DNA of 64,000 bases from Meyerozyma guilliermondii (taxonomy: Eukaryota), in the NCBI GenBank assembly GCA_051546255.1, contig CP128817.1, positions 1,116,001-1,180,000 on the forward strand, written 5' to 3'. Below are positions 12,701 through 21,000 of this stretch, one piece after another. The position numbers were made by a program, and so were the translations under genes. The number at the start of each line of letters is the position of its first letter. Position 1 is the first letter of the stretch. The notes beneath the pieces were generated by a model. That model searched no databases, had not been told where the DNA came from, and worked only from the letters and a program-made list of their open reading frames with translations.

Positions 12701-13569
12701 CTTCTGACGAGACTACTTTCCACCCCAACAGAACATCGTTTATCAACCCTGAGCATCTTTCTTTCTTCAAGTTCATTGGAATGATTATTGGAAAAGCCAT
12801 TTATGATAGTAACTTCTTGGACTGCCATTTCAGTCGAGCCGTTTACAAGAGATTGTTAGGCAGACCCGTATCGTTGAAGGATATGGAGACGTTGGACAAT
12901 GACTATTTCAAATCTTTGATGTGGATGTTGGAGAACGATATTACCGATGTTATTACGGAAGATTTCTCAGTGGAGACAGATGATTATGGTGAACACAAGG
13001 TAATTGATTTGATTGAGAACGGACACAATATCCCCGTTACCGAAGAAAATAAGCAAGAATATGTCAAGCTAGTGGTGGAATATCGACTTCAAACGTCTGT
13101 TGCCGAACAGATGAACAACTTTTTGGCAGGTTTCCATGACATGATTCCCAAAGACCTTGTGCTGATTTTTGATGAGCAGGAATTGGAGTTGTTGATTTCT
13201 GGTCTTCCAGATATCGATGTTAGTGACTGGAAGAGTAACACTGAGTACCACAACTACTCCCCATCCTCGATCCAAATTCAATGGTTTTGGAGAGCAGTGA
13301 TGTCTTTTGATAACGAAGAGAGAGCCAAGCTTTTACAATTCGCAACCGGTACTTCAAAGGTGCCTTTAAATGGATTTAAAGAACTCAGTGGATCCAATGG
13401 AATTAGCAAGTTTAGTATCCATCGAGACTATGGAACTACCGACCGATTGCCCTCATCTCATACCTGTTTCAACCAAATTGATTTACCCGCCTACGAAACT
13501 TATGAGACGTTGAGGGGATCACTTTTGCTAGCGATAACAGAGGGCCACGAAGGGTTTGGATTAGCTTGA
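3745..13569 (+). CDS. TOM1: HECT E3 ubiquitin ligase (HUWE1/Tom1)
   Basis: 3274 aa; N-terminal RGDLYHWVPVLNRFD, long acidic tract, IDPEFFEALP UBM-like repeats, C-terminal HECT ending LPSSHTCFNQIDLP...EGFGLA. Confidence 0.97.
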   Translation: MIISKRNHLEKMEMAEPLKDLIDEMTTSPLPDLTQLLQNNLTWERPRGDLYHWVPVLNRFDEILETQIQKYGFDKEIVPLCEVSESDDSLVTSILLYTSVLLEHCSNRSIYASSDRLYQLVLAPSISIQQATLKVMVCMGELFVQTSTSKYAAPKPIRSKIIQIAKSFPPPVPASSFQNKSEKDKSFMQLTCLDLLNPKTKYPTKWKLIEFHYFAEKPTPSKRERKKKSKREAAEKSDPPEGLTRFLLPEESVRKHSLQQIYDMALASIPQQYWFEFSLHARVAKAMNSKTSDALKLREGLLNTKLIALAYVCCIIPNELDPSILTDLVQIILPESSSMVTRNLYFNAIKALECISLRRVWSSDLIRSLGGNVSHGVLFQCIRHIRTKIINEDDDCFEKAYIHLFNMIGNMIPINSLATRLAAGGLLKELLDFFNVKSKYRWTCSAATHLTTLFISSHTDSMADFVALGGFKRLIENIEYEVNFALENPGFGGGAPKLAKVYYTITFRQANYIRNMLQLTTHLIETELGDRLRNLFDSSILHSFNLILENNWTFGPLILGATIDAIFYIIHNEPTAFPILKEGKVVDTILDNYETLFMPSPDLLVTLPEVLGAICLNKDGLQKVLDSNAIHKYFQSFLEVKYAKELVRADMATNLGCSFDELGRHYPLLKPVILREVKLLAQRLPGVISDSVSGIKMYESDGRALYLSTEEIIKDEDGEAQIDSWETSSTAYVLDNFFFFLGGLLQDSGQWGKDAMSEIPFSVWLEFLKIKNTPYDYTNSNGFSTFMGVLKYFDDEDRNYGLPVLFEEIKSKIETPLLTDFFSYSSKLSYFSLTEHSIEQSTEVLSELNVLNTLLFALTETYVNPSFLFHERFHQLTDFFGAKGFSVLERIGSMLQQSIMEEAKINSMLPADVSMNTSPVFDILKESTPIILHPKEPGDHSSKSQEATNAPFKNTLQLRYLMFRFQNYAVILFGSLGKICMHKRQDFVQADWRRSAVEITIEIGRIFSKLVDYSEVLKQDNDKLLFERYFLSLTDICLYILVQKERNKAMLQTSLAMSFLQNGVLHGIRENTCQVFANLLSLPEPDKTSESTAEKYYISTDPHDILLKATAKAIQLLLYLCDEDLILQLPSGKNYFHQGYDNSPDDHLVSTFAMQCKVEALKLLDSFVELLKQGVIGSLQPPITKAIAHLGKQLFNDTHEEKITDFYPLDVKNVHPPVDQVNYLITLGMSEQNANHFFRHASHLDQGTLPTCPNLELNEDDWGDYVARINEDAIDFLLHYPSSPSLNEFKQLRADFSSQSFAIWNLFAKLSPLCISNIVEAYLAQASTADERENLVSGLMDEVTKAAVSFADNSEEREKLDISAQFLRSAIKIQKPKYLVYDRIADFTLNELQHRSENLNFPYFYSMLQIMEQVLCFKSLPELEPSRHNENFKFGDPYLLDDSRVKFLCQLVLDLKGLNSIDAAMSVTKILILLTQTDIFLLQVAKSNVLPELLKFSRSLDRERGFILNGEKSFTKADRQKNQEIYDRYHNALIVLFRRCFENSGFLKINFLVELNEASRLSSRSKRDLRFILRESSTLIFRQPLTFADVFSERYRLHNYDGAELTPTSLNVYRLSDAEIKRGTNSDVHMADSMEEDASLSDYKPLHSTGLVHLLISELMELSKTDWFSDPVDSDSKKREGDNTSKMKREFEVFKNPNFSYACFLLQTLTELLSSYKDAKLEFLTFSKKNGNELKPRSTALNFLLHQLLPTNSLQHSLGLEGDRRVAISSITRLAILGLVSTPLLSGENAVVPTNEDVDMAFIRKFFVDVFLKTLMESFRSPSSIELRYSKLIDQCELCGSLISSKFRETAEPILNKNATKHDQFYVARVFVDNNLPQLLSSLVGELDLNFPQIHKVMKACLKPVTLLGKIKTDQHDLFDGETVDKDDDEEVPEVMEEGDETPDLFKNSTLGMYDVEDESEDEMDYYDENGPLEVLMSGDEVSDEDGELNSSEEGSESSFDEDSDLNDDDVDEMDEVGDQDIEIIDELELDADDSGSNDSLGEDEDVSDSFSNYSGDFDEDLTDENSMGEEDESEYDEEDLDGWIEAFEDDAGDVSSHDNASSVHNADRDSHRAVDLELNDSGDEDEELSDDDMQPRSGLPSRTREREFTTFLDTIVPNGRNDDYLFFGDLFTRANRGNIARGEIHIGVHDNMSQFDRAFDSLIEMLNNPKRNPDNVKNEMYLKSTVERWEDTYRMFKDEVSSSETRIIPAILNRIEADSIELNKKRLEEVKKQREEREERLKKKAEEEKILREKEAREREERQNTAPPHEPVLVHIGDREVDICGTDIDPEFFEALPDDMREEVFTQHVRERRANATSQDGEAREIDPDFLDALPENIRDEILQQESMARRFSGLSDPRFDLADNDDDADEEDMQTARSIILPSSGLEIDAHSTLRDQDLLSPALKAKKSYATLLMGKSGVAAIIRLLFVPQPLVKRECIYQALHYTCNNKQSRTEVMNYLVALLYDGLNNKRPLDKLMAQIDNRVGVEQSKNTDAKNAKCPVECTPLTLGLQVIEAIDYLLERNNHVRYYICKEHENPFMSKKSSKKLRALAHLLKESKYPINLLLKLLENDIICENQAFVDILARVLQMSTKAISAFVRTKLGLQANSNLPYVPEHNVSQVIKILTAKECPNATFMRTIGAMQNLSVLPNAQKTFSLELSDKATSLGSTIIEDLNALSKDLEQCSDPDKGMAHSKAFSKFCAASSDQAKLLRILTALDYMFETKEKKEKVDEVEELTGLYKRLALGTLWDALSECLQLLDGRLNTFQITTALLPLIESLMVVCKHSRVNEVQVKDVTKYEARKVDFKKEPIESLFFSFTDEHKKILNHMVRTNPNLMSGPFGMLIRNPRVLEFDNKKNYFDRKLHEESDDNLKIAINVRRDQVFLDSYRALFFKSKDEVRKSKLEISFKGESGVDAGGVTREWYQVLSRQMFNPDYALFTPVASDETTFHPNRTSFINPEHLSFFKFIGMIIGKAIYDSNFLDCHFSRAVYKRLLGRPVSLKDMETLDNDYFKSLMWMLENDITDVITEDFSVETDDYGEHKVIDLIENGHNIPVTEENKQEYVKLVVEYRLQTSVAEQMNNFLAGFHDMIPKDLVLIFDEQELELLISGLPDIDVSDWKSNTEYHNYSPSSIQIQWFWRAVMSFDNEERAKLLQFATGTSKVPLNGFKELSGSNGISKFSIHRDYGTTDRLPSSHTCFNQIDLPAYETYETLRGSLLLAITEGHEGFGLA

Positions 13570-13623
13570 AAACAAAACACTTTAGCATAATCTATATAAA
13601 TAATTCTATTGTTCTATTGTAAC

Positions 13624-14364
13624 TTAAAGCTTTGAAGTTCTCGATGTCAACTTGTCGAACATGGCTTCCAAATCGTCAGTCGATGCCAAATGTTTGACTA
13701 GTTCATAATTCTCTTTATTAATAGCTTTGACCTCATCATTGAGCATACCACAACGTTCAATCATCTCCTCTGGGTTTATGGTGGTTCTGCCTCCACCCTT
13801 CTTGAAAACGTACTTTGTCATTGCCACGGCATAAGTGCGGTCGGACTTTGGTATTTTGAATTCTGACATCATAAATAACCATTTATCGTCCCATGCTACA
13901 ACCTTACTCTTGATTTCAAACTTTTGAAAAATTTTCAATTCCTTCTTGAATGTGCACTCAACCATTGCAATTGGCGCATAGGGGAAGTTGTTGACGGATT
14001 TGCTCTTGAAAGTACCAAAGTCATTGTCAAATTCTTGGAAAAAGTACTTTTGGAACACCCTCAAAACCAAGTCCATTCTTGCGAGATCCAAGTCAGTAAA
14101 ATAGGTGGAATTGGACTTGTGAACAAACATATCGATTTCCAATGGCGACACATACGACGTATAAGTGCTAGGCTTGAAAATGTCCAATTTGGAATCACCG
14201 GTATAACCGAAGGTATTCTGCTTCTTCAGTGAAACATACTTCTTCCTGGTTAGTGCCAAGGTGACAAAAGCTCGATAATAGAAACGAATGACATATGCTC
14301 CTGGCAATGTCTTGTAAGTGGACAAAAGAAAGAGAGATAGGAGAGCCTTCACTAACAATTTCAT
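13624..14364 (-). CDS. Hotdog-fold thioesterase-like protein (YBR096W-like family)
   Basis: EIDMFVHKSNSTYFTDLDLARM and FKKEL..F..FEI.S.V..WD.KW motifs; first ATG at 14364. Confidence 0.75.
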   Translation of the reverse strand: MKLLVKALLSLFLLSTYKTLPGAYVIRFYYRAFVTLALTRKKYVSLKKQNTFGYTGDSKLDIFKPSTYTSYVSPLEIDMFVHKSNSTYFTDLDLARMDLVLRVFQKYFFQEFDNDFGTFKSKSVNNFPYAPIAMVECTFKKELKIFQKFEIKSKVVAWDDKWLFMMSEFKIPKSDRTYAVAMTKYVFKKGGGRTTINPEEMIERCGMLNDEVKAINKENYELVKHLASTDDLEAMFDKLTSRTSKL

Positions 14365-14600
14365 TAGCAATTAACAAATACCAATCATATGTAATCGCCG
14401 GAAGGGTTGCATCGATTCCTGCATGTGCGCTAACAATAAGGTTATGAAGATTGCGAGATACGATTCGAGAGCCGAGGGAAATAGTACCTCTTGGATTATA
14501 CTTATGAATTTGTGACTTTGGTCCATAATTTCTTGTGTGTAGATGGAATAGGTGCATTGAAAACTTGTCGAGATTGTATTAGTAAACATGAACCAGAAGG

Positions 14601-14690
14601 TAGCAGCCAATAGCCACAGCCTTAAGCTTTAGCCATAGTCAATAGCCAATAGCCATAAGCTTTAGCCATAAGCACTTAGTGTAGCCAGCC
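14601..14690. repeat. Degenerate short tandem repeat (TAGCCA / TAAGCTTTAGCCATA units)
   Basis: tagcagccaatagccacagccttaagctttagccatagtcaatagccaatagccataagctttagccataagc. Confidence 0.7.
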
Positions 14691-14784
14691 GGTCAAGTTT
14701 ATTTGGCAAGTTTATTTTGTCCGTAGTTCATGAATTCATACTTCCTGGAGCCTTATATATCTATATTGTACAGTGCTTCGTAGC

Positions 14785-15744
14785 TTAATCGTGGTGCAGT
14801 TGGTAAGAGCATATACCCTTCTCCACATGGTTGGTGAGCCAATCGTCAACGTTGGCAAATTGTTGTTGGCAAAGTCTGCATGTTCCAGCAACCTTACTTC
14901 TTTGTTCTTTGCGAGTTCCAGCCGGGTACTTGAAATGGATTGCTTTTAAATGGTTCTTGAATGTATCGCAACGAGAAAATATTCCCAGAGGATGGCAACA
15001 GTGATCTTCTGAATTAGCTTCGCCCAGAGTGAGCTTGAAAGGACACTTAAATTGTCCCCTATCAGAACCAATTTCCTTCCAGTGGCACTTGGTGTGTCTG
15101 AACAAGTCATTTGGACGGGCAAATCCGCGATGACAATATTTACATACGTGCGGCCGTGATGTTGGTTTCAAGTGGGTGGATTTGTGAGTGGCAAGGTTGC
15201 TGAAGTACAAGTTGCATTGCGGACATTGGCGTTTCTTTCTCGGCCGATTATCTGAATCCGGAACGGCGCACTCGCTATGTGCCGACCCGACACCGTCGCC
15301 ATCCTCCGCCACTCCTACTTCCTCGCCTCCCAGTGTGAGGGGCAGCACACTCCTCGAATCCGAAGACTGGTCGTAGCTGTCTGGATTCGATAAAGGCTCC
15401 AACTGCGGCAGAACCAGCAACTTTATCCGTTTTGTACCCGATTCCGTCAGCAAAAAGTTGAGCGCTGGAGGTGGTTGTTTGTTAGAAATGCCGCTAGTAC
15501 TGACTCGCGAAAGGGTGGCAAGACGGTTGGTATCATGTGGAGATGTACTGGGGCTGGGAAGTTGGTAGGTATGAGAACCTCCGATGGGTAATTTGGATGG
15601 TGGTGGTGGAGGAGGTGGTGCCACTTGATGGAAATATGGATCAGATTCCGATCTGGTTATTGGTTCAGGAAGATCTAACAGTAAGGATCTGATCGATGGA
15701 AGTTTTATAGGTACTGTGGGGTGTGGTAAAAGATAACCCATCAT
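14785..15744 (-). CDS. STP4: C2H2 zinc-finger transcription factor of the Stp3/Stp4 family
   Basis: RKKRQCPQC...NLATHKSTHL.P..RPHVC..CHRGFARPNDLFRH...HWK matches Stp3/4 fingers; likely ATG at 15744 (MMGYLLP); lies next to SUR4-ROM2-ARC18, as STP3 does in S. cerevisiae. Confidence 0.8.
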   Translation of the reverse strand: MMGYLLPHPTVPIKLPSIRSLLLDLPEPITRSESDPYFHQVAPPPPPPPSKLPIGGSHTYQLPSPSTSPHDTNRLATLSRVSTSGISNKQPPPALNFLLTESGTKRIKLLVLPQLEPLSNPDSYDQSSDSRSVLPLTLGGEEVGVAEDGDGVGSAHSECAVPDSDNRPRKKRQCPQCNLYFSNLATHKSTHLKPTSRPHVCKYCHRGFARPNDLFRHTKCHWKEIGSDRGQFKCPFKLTLGEANSEDHCCHPLGIFSRCDTFKNHLKAIHFKYPAGTRKEQRSKVAGTCRLCQQQFANVDDWLTNHVEKGICSYQLHHD

Positions 15745-16897
15745 TATGATAAATATAAAAAATGGCGATTGACAAAGTTTCCTGGACAGATTCGCAGCCG
15801 ACATATTATATACCAAAATTGCGCCCACATCGCTGCGGCTCAGAACACAGACGGCTGAGCCCGCGCTACCGGGAGGCGCGGGATGTCGTAAAATTTGCCG
15901 GAAGTGCGGTGTTCGATTCCATTGCAGTGAATGTCCGAGCCGGGATTAGTGATAGCAAGGGTTCCATCCCGGCTGTCTCATCATGTTCCGAGTGCATTTC
16001 AAACATGCGACCTCCCATTATCCATTTACGACCTGTTATGTCCGTCGATCCCGTCGGCACGGCTTAAGGTTTCCGTGTCTCCCGCGCCACTTGGACAGTA
16101 CATCACGTGCAATTTGGGATCTCGGACCTGGCGGGTTTCAGCCGCGCAGAGCACCTCCTATTATGAGCTTGGCAACGATTTGGCTCCGAATCACCGTTTT
16201 GGTCACCACAAAAGGAGTTCTAGTCTAATGTACGTTGGCTATTTAGTGCAGTTTAGTTTACTTCGCCATTGCTGACAATTGGTCGCTGAACTGCAAGATT
16301 CGGCTCTAATACCGCGCTCACTCGGCGGCCCCTTCTTATCGAGAATAGGGGTGCGGCTCATAATTGCCAGGTTATGACCCCACACAGGAGAAAGGCTTGG
16401 TGTCCTGCAGGTGTCGGCATCGGCAACCAATTGAGGTATTTCTTGTGCGCGCAGCACATGACGATCCGAATTTACGTAAAAATTAAGTAATCTCGGCCAG
16501 CGCCGGATTGCTGCCAAGCCATCCTATTCATCGTGGTAGCCTGCGATAGCTACCTCGTCTAATCATGTAGATCTTATTCGTAATCCATTTTTGTTCATTC
16601 AAAATTCAATTACCCCTAAATTTCATTTGCTTCAGATTTCGCACATAGAACAATGAGTTAAGCGTTATTGCATCAGCAATCTCGCCGTTCCCCGGCTCAT
16701 ATTGCCTCGTTATGAGCATATTCTACGTCTATAAATCTGAAATTCATTTTATTTTTTAAGCATGGTGTCCTGGTTTGACAGGTCCCTTTCATCCTACATA
16801 TGCCAAGGTTCCAAATCGACAAATTAGGAAAGATGAATGGAATCTTCTAAATAGCTGCGATTTCGCCCCATTTAAATTACGTAAACGAACACCCCTA

Positions 16898-17857
16898 TTA
16901 TGCCTTTCTTGATTTCACTTTTGAATCTCCAGTGCTAACACCAGAAGCGGTAGCCAGCGTCTTACCGGCTTTTTCACTTGGCGCTGCTTTCTTGCCGGTT
17001 TTCTTGTAGACGCGGATGTAGAAAGAAATAAATAACAACAAGTAACTGGTCAAGATCAAGTAACCATAAGCAGCTGCCAATTCAGATCCATAACAATCAC
17101 CTACGTGGGGTAACGATGGGAAGTATCTGAATGCATAGTGGGTGTAGGTTGCAAAGTAGACAAATACCAAGTCGATCAAAAATTGGATAATCTGGAATCT
17201 AGTAACCCATTCTTTCCACCAAACTCTAATATTACGAGCACTCAAGAAATAGTACCAATACATCACGACGTGGACTGCTAAATTAAGCGTGATTGGTACC
17301 CATTCGACCGAGGTGGATCCGGTCAATTGCGTGTAGCACAACAATGCAGTGGCTCCATGGTGGTAGGTGTGCAAAAACATCAACTTTTTCTTTTTCAACA
17401 CCAAGAATATCGTGTCGATCAACTCTAAATACTTGGTCAAGTAGTTCAAATAGTACAACGTGACCAACTTGGGAGCAAATGCATTTTTGTCACAGATGGC
17501 ATAAAAGAGACCATGATGATACAAAATGGGAATTAATTGTTCAATGGCAAGTAACAATAATGCCAACGAAATCAAAGTTAATCCCAAGTTGTGGATCTGG
17601 AACAAAAAGTTTAATTTGAAAGCCGGCGCATTCAACTTGTTCATTAACGATCTTCCACCAAAAATAATGATGTAGTACACGATAATGATACCAATAGCAT
17701 GATAACCATTTGCCAAGAAAGTTTCGTGGTGGATAAACTGGAATTTTTCCGCGGGGTAACCACTTACTTTTTCAAAGAAATAGCTGAATATGGGCCACAA
17801 GTGCAAGCCAAATGGCCTTTCCACACTAGGAACCGAGACTTCGATGATGTTGGCCAT
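16898..17857 (-). CDS. ELO3: Very-long-chain fatty acid elongase
   Basis: [32 protein letters not shown]-terminus [22 protein letters not shown] is Sur4/Elo3-like. Confidence 0.9.
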   Translation of the reverse strand: MANIIEVSVPSVERPFGLHLWPIFSYFFEKVSGYPAEKFQFIHHETFLANGYHAIGIIIVYYIIIFGGRSLMNKLNAPAFKLNFLFQIHNLGLTLISLALLLLAIEQLIPILYHHGLFYAICDKNAFAPKLVTLYYLNYLTKYLELIDTIFLVLKKKKLMFLHTYHHGATALLCYTQLTGSTSVEWVPITLNLAVHVVMYWYYFLSARNIRVWWKEWVTRFQIIQFLIDLVFVYFATYTHYAFRYFPSLPHVGDCYGSELAAAYGYLILTSYLLLFISFYIRVYKKTGKKAAPSEKAGKTLATASGVSTGDSKVKSRKA

Positions 17858-17983
17858 GGAAATGAAAAACTAAATCAGTTGGGGAATTTTCGCGTCTTTT
17901 CCTCACGGACGTTGGTGTTCTGGGTGCCACCTGTGATATTCTACCTCCGCTACACCTATAATACAGTGACAAGATATATACTG

Positions 17984-18064
17984 TTCATAAATGCCTCTTT
18001 CAATTGGCCTTTTCCACTTCCTTTCATAAATGCCTTTTTCACTTGGCCTTTTCCACTTTCTTTC
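17984..18064. repeat. 39-bp tandem duplication spanning the ROM2 stop codon
   Basis: ttcataaatgcctctttcaattggccttttccacttcc (17984) versus ttcataaatgcctttttcacttggccttttccactttc (18023). Confidence 0.9.
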
Positions 18065-21000
18065 TAGGCTTCAAGTTCAAGAAATCGATACTTACAATGA
18101 TATCATACCCATTTTCCTCGCAAGCATAAAGCGCTTCATGTTCGTTCGAATGAAGAAACCGAATATTTTCCCCAACAAGTGCTCGGATCAAGTGTGTGGT
18201 TTCAAGGTCCCTCACCTCGATAAATCCGGGCTCAAACGCCAACAAGTAAGGATAGAACATGACAATGTGCTGGGGGTTTCCTTCCCAGAAAATACCCCAT
18301 TCATGGTTGGTTCTCCATCCATTTTGAAGCACCTTGAAACAAAACTCGGAATAACTCAATAAAAATTCCTTGTTCAACCGATGAATTGCCAACGGCGTTA
18401 CCATTTCCCTTTGGGTAGCAAAGTCAAGCGACGGATCGGCCTCGTCCAAAATTGGTTCCTTCTTTCCTTCTTCCAATGAGATAACCTCAAATCCTTTGGT
18501 GCAACCAACGCAGAGTTTCGTTTTCAAAAACGAGATTGAAACTGGTTCCGAAGTAAATGAAATATCACGAATGTCGTAATTTCTGTTTCTGTTCCTGTTG
18601 CGGGCATTGAATGGATTGCTTGGTTCAAAGATACTGATACCATTGGTATTTCCTGTCTTGGCAGAGGCAACCAATAACTTTCCATTACAGATACCCGTTT
18701 TGAAGAAGGAAACATGGTCCAATATCCACTTACCGGATTTAGTGTTCTTTTCGCAATCCAAGGAATCAGTACATGCCAAGTCAAACTCGTACAACACCTT
18801 GTCTGAAACCACCAATAAACGGGAAAACTCAACTAAAACCTCAATCTGTGTAACATAGAGTTTTTTGATCACCATAGTTGGTTCAGAACAGATTTTTTCA
18901 TTGGAAGTAGCATTGATAGATCTCACAGTAGCCACCCAGATCCCAGAATCGGTACCGTACAACATCTTCTTACCACCGTAGCATGGTACAGCACAGTTGA
19001 TTCTGTTATTTCCATGGAACCGTCTTGTCTCGAATTTTGTAAGTGAAAAGATGTCGTGCTGTTCAATCAACTTGCGCTGTTGTTGCTGAATCTGCAGAAG
19101 AACTTGAGTCTGATTGGTGATATCATCGGCAAACAAACTAGCATGAACCTGGTTTTTGCCCAATCCGAGGAAATTGATTTGAAATTTGATATTAGAATTA
19201 GAACTTGAGTTGATGAAATTGTTCTCAACTTTGGCAGCTTTTAAGCCAGTGTCTGACACGATCGAACCGTCTAAGCGATGAGGCAATATCGTTCTTGGTG
19301 TTGGAGCCTCGTATCCACTATTGACAAACAACAAGGGAAGATATATGGGTTTTTCATACACCTTATGCTGTTCCCTTTTATTTTGAATCTTATGCTTCAC
19401 AAGCAACAATGCGTTTTCAAACAAATAAAGGTCAATTTTCTCGTTGTCTCTTTTTCTGCTCAAAGTGACCTGATAGATGATTCTTCTACTGTAGGAAAGC
19501 TTAAAGTTAAATCTTTCTTCCAAAGTTTGCTTTCCGAGTAACCTGTGTAAGACCATGATTTTGTGTCTATCTGTGCTCTCACCAGTTTGAACGTTCATCT
19601 TAACCAACACCTTTTCAACCTCTTCTTTTGCTTTTTGAAGATATTTATAATCAGGTGAAGTCTCCTTGGTATTATCAAGAATCCCCTTCAAAAGCAATTG
19701 GTACCGAGCCGGTCTTTGTACTCCCTTCATCAAAAACGATGACAAATCTTGCTTCCTAGATTCAGGTTTCTTTTCAATGGCTTCCAAAAATCTGGCATAC
19801 TTGAGATTTACCTGTTGTTGTCTCTCATGCTCAAAGCTTGCAAACACCTTGTTACCGGAATATTTGATGAAAGGATCAAAATGAGGAATGTACTCGATGA
19901 AAACGTCTGCAAATGTTTCAATGACCGGTTTCTGTTGTTGTTGTCTCCGAGTGAGTGCTTCACTTATACTCTTGGCAAGCTTTAACAATTCTCCAATCAT
20001 TCCGAAAACAGTCATGATGAATGCGTCTCGTTCCCTTTCAGGAATAATATTATTAGTTGGATTCCGCAAAGGCATGATATAAAAGTCAGTCATGAATTCC
20101 AAGTCTTTAACGTAGTCTCTCTCTGTGTAGATAAATTCGTAGATGAGTTCTTGGCGCATCTTCTCATGTTTGTCAAGTCCATCCAACACAGATTGAGGAA
20201 CGGTTTCGTGCCACAACGTCTTTTGCTCCTCATGATCGTGTAATGAGAGTCTTGAAACAGCACGAGCAAGTCCGCCCTGTGGTTTCATATGAAGTCTTGC
20301 CTGTTGTTCCAAACGACGTGGACATGCGATACTGTAACATAATTTGTTTCGGGTACACGTTGGCGAGTAACAATCGGTCAAAATCGTAAACACACCGTTC
20401 ACTCCTGTTGCCGCAGTTGTGCTCTCATTCATGTAGCTCGCTGAATTAGCATCTGCAGGGATCATAGCAGGGGGGGTTGAAGGTAAAGGAACCACTCCGT
20501 TAGACGTGTGAGAAGGAAGTTGCTGCTGTAAGACATTTTGTTGGATAAGTTGCTGATGGGAAGTCAGTGGTTGCAAATGGTTTTTCTCGGCAAAGGAACC
20601 ATGCTTGCTGTTATTGTTGCTGTTGTAGTCTGGGTAGAGGTCAACTCCAGTGTAGATGTGATTGAAGGCATACACTTCATGAACGGAATCACGCAACCGA
20701 TGGTTGTAGGTAACGTCACGGAAGAACTTTTGTGCATCGAGAGATCTACCCAAGAGAAGTGCCAAGTTACGGTCATTGGTACGAATGATCTTGCAAAGAA
20801 TATCCACCGCCATTTTTCCGGTAAACGAATCATGGTACTCCAAACCATCCTTGGTATTGATGGTCAAAATTATAGAGTCCTTGAAAACTTTGGCGACTCG
20901 AGAAAGGAACGCTGGATATACAACCTGCTTGGGAGGACCAGGCATCGAAACTGTTCTTTGAGAATTCAATGTGGTGGAAGAGGCATTTCTGTCGAGGGTC

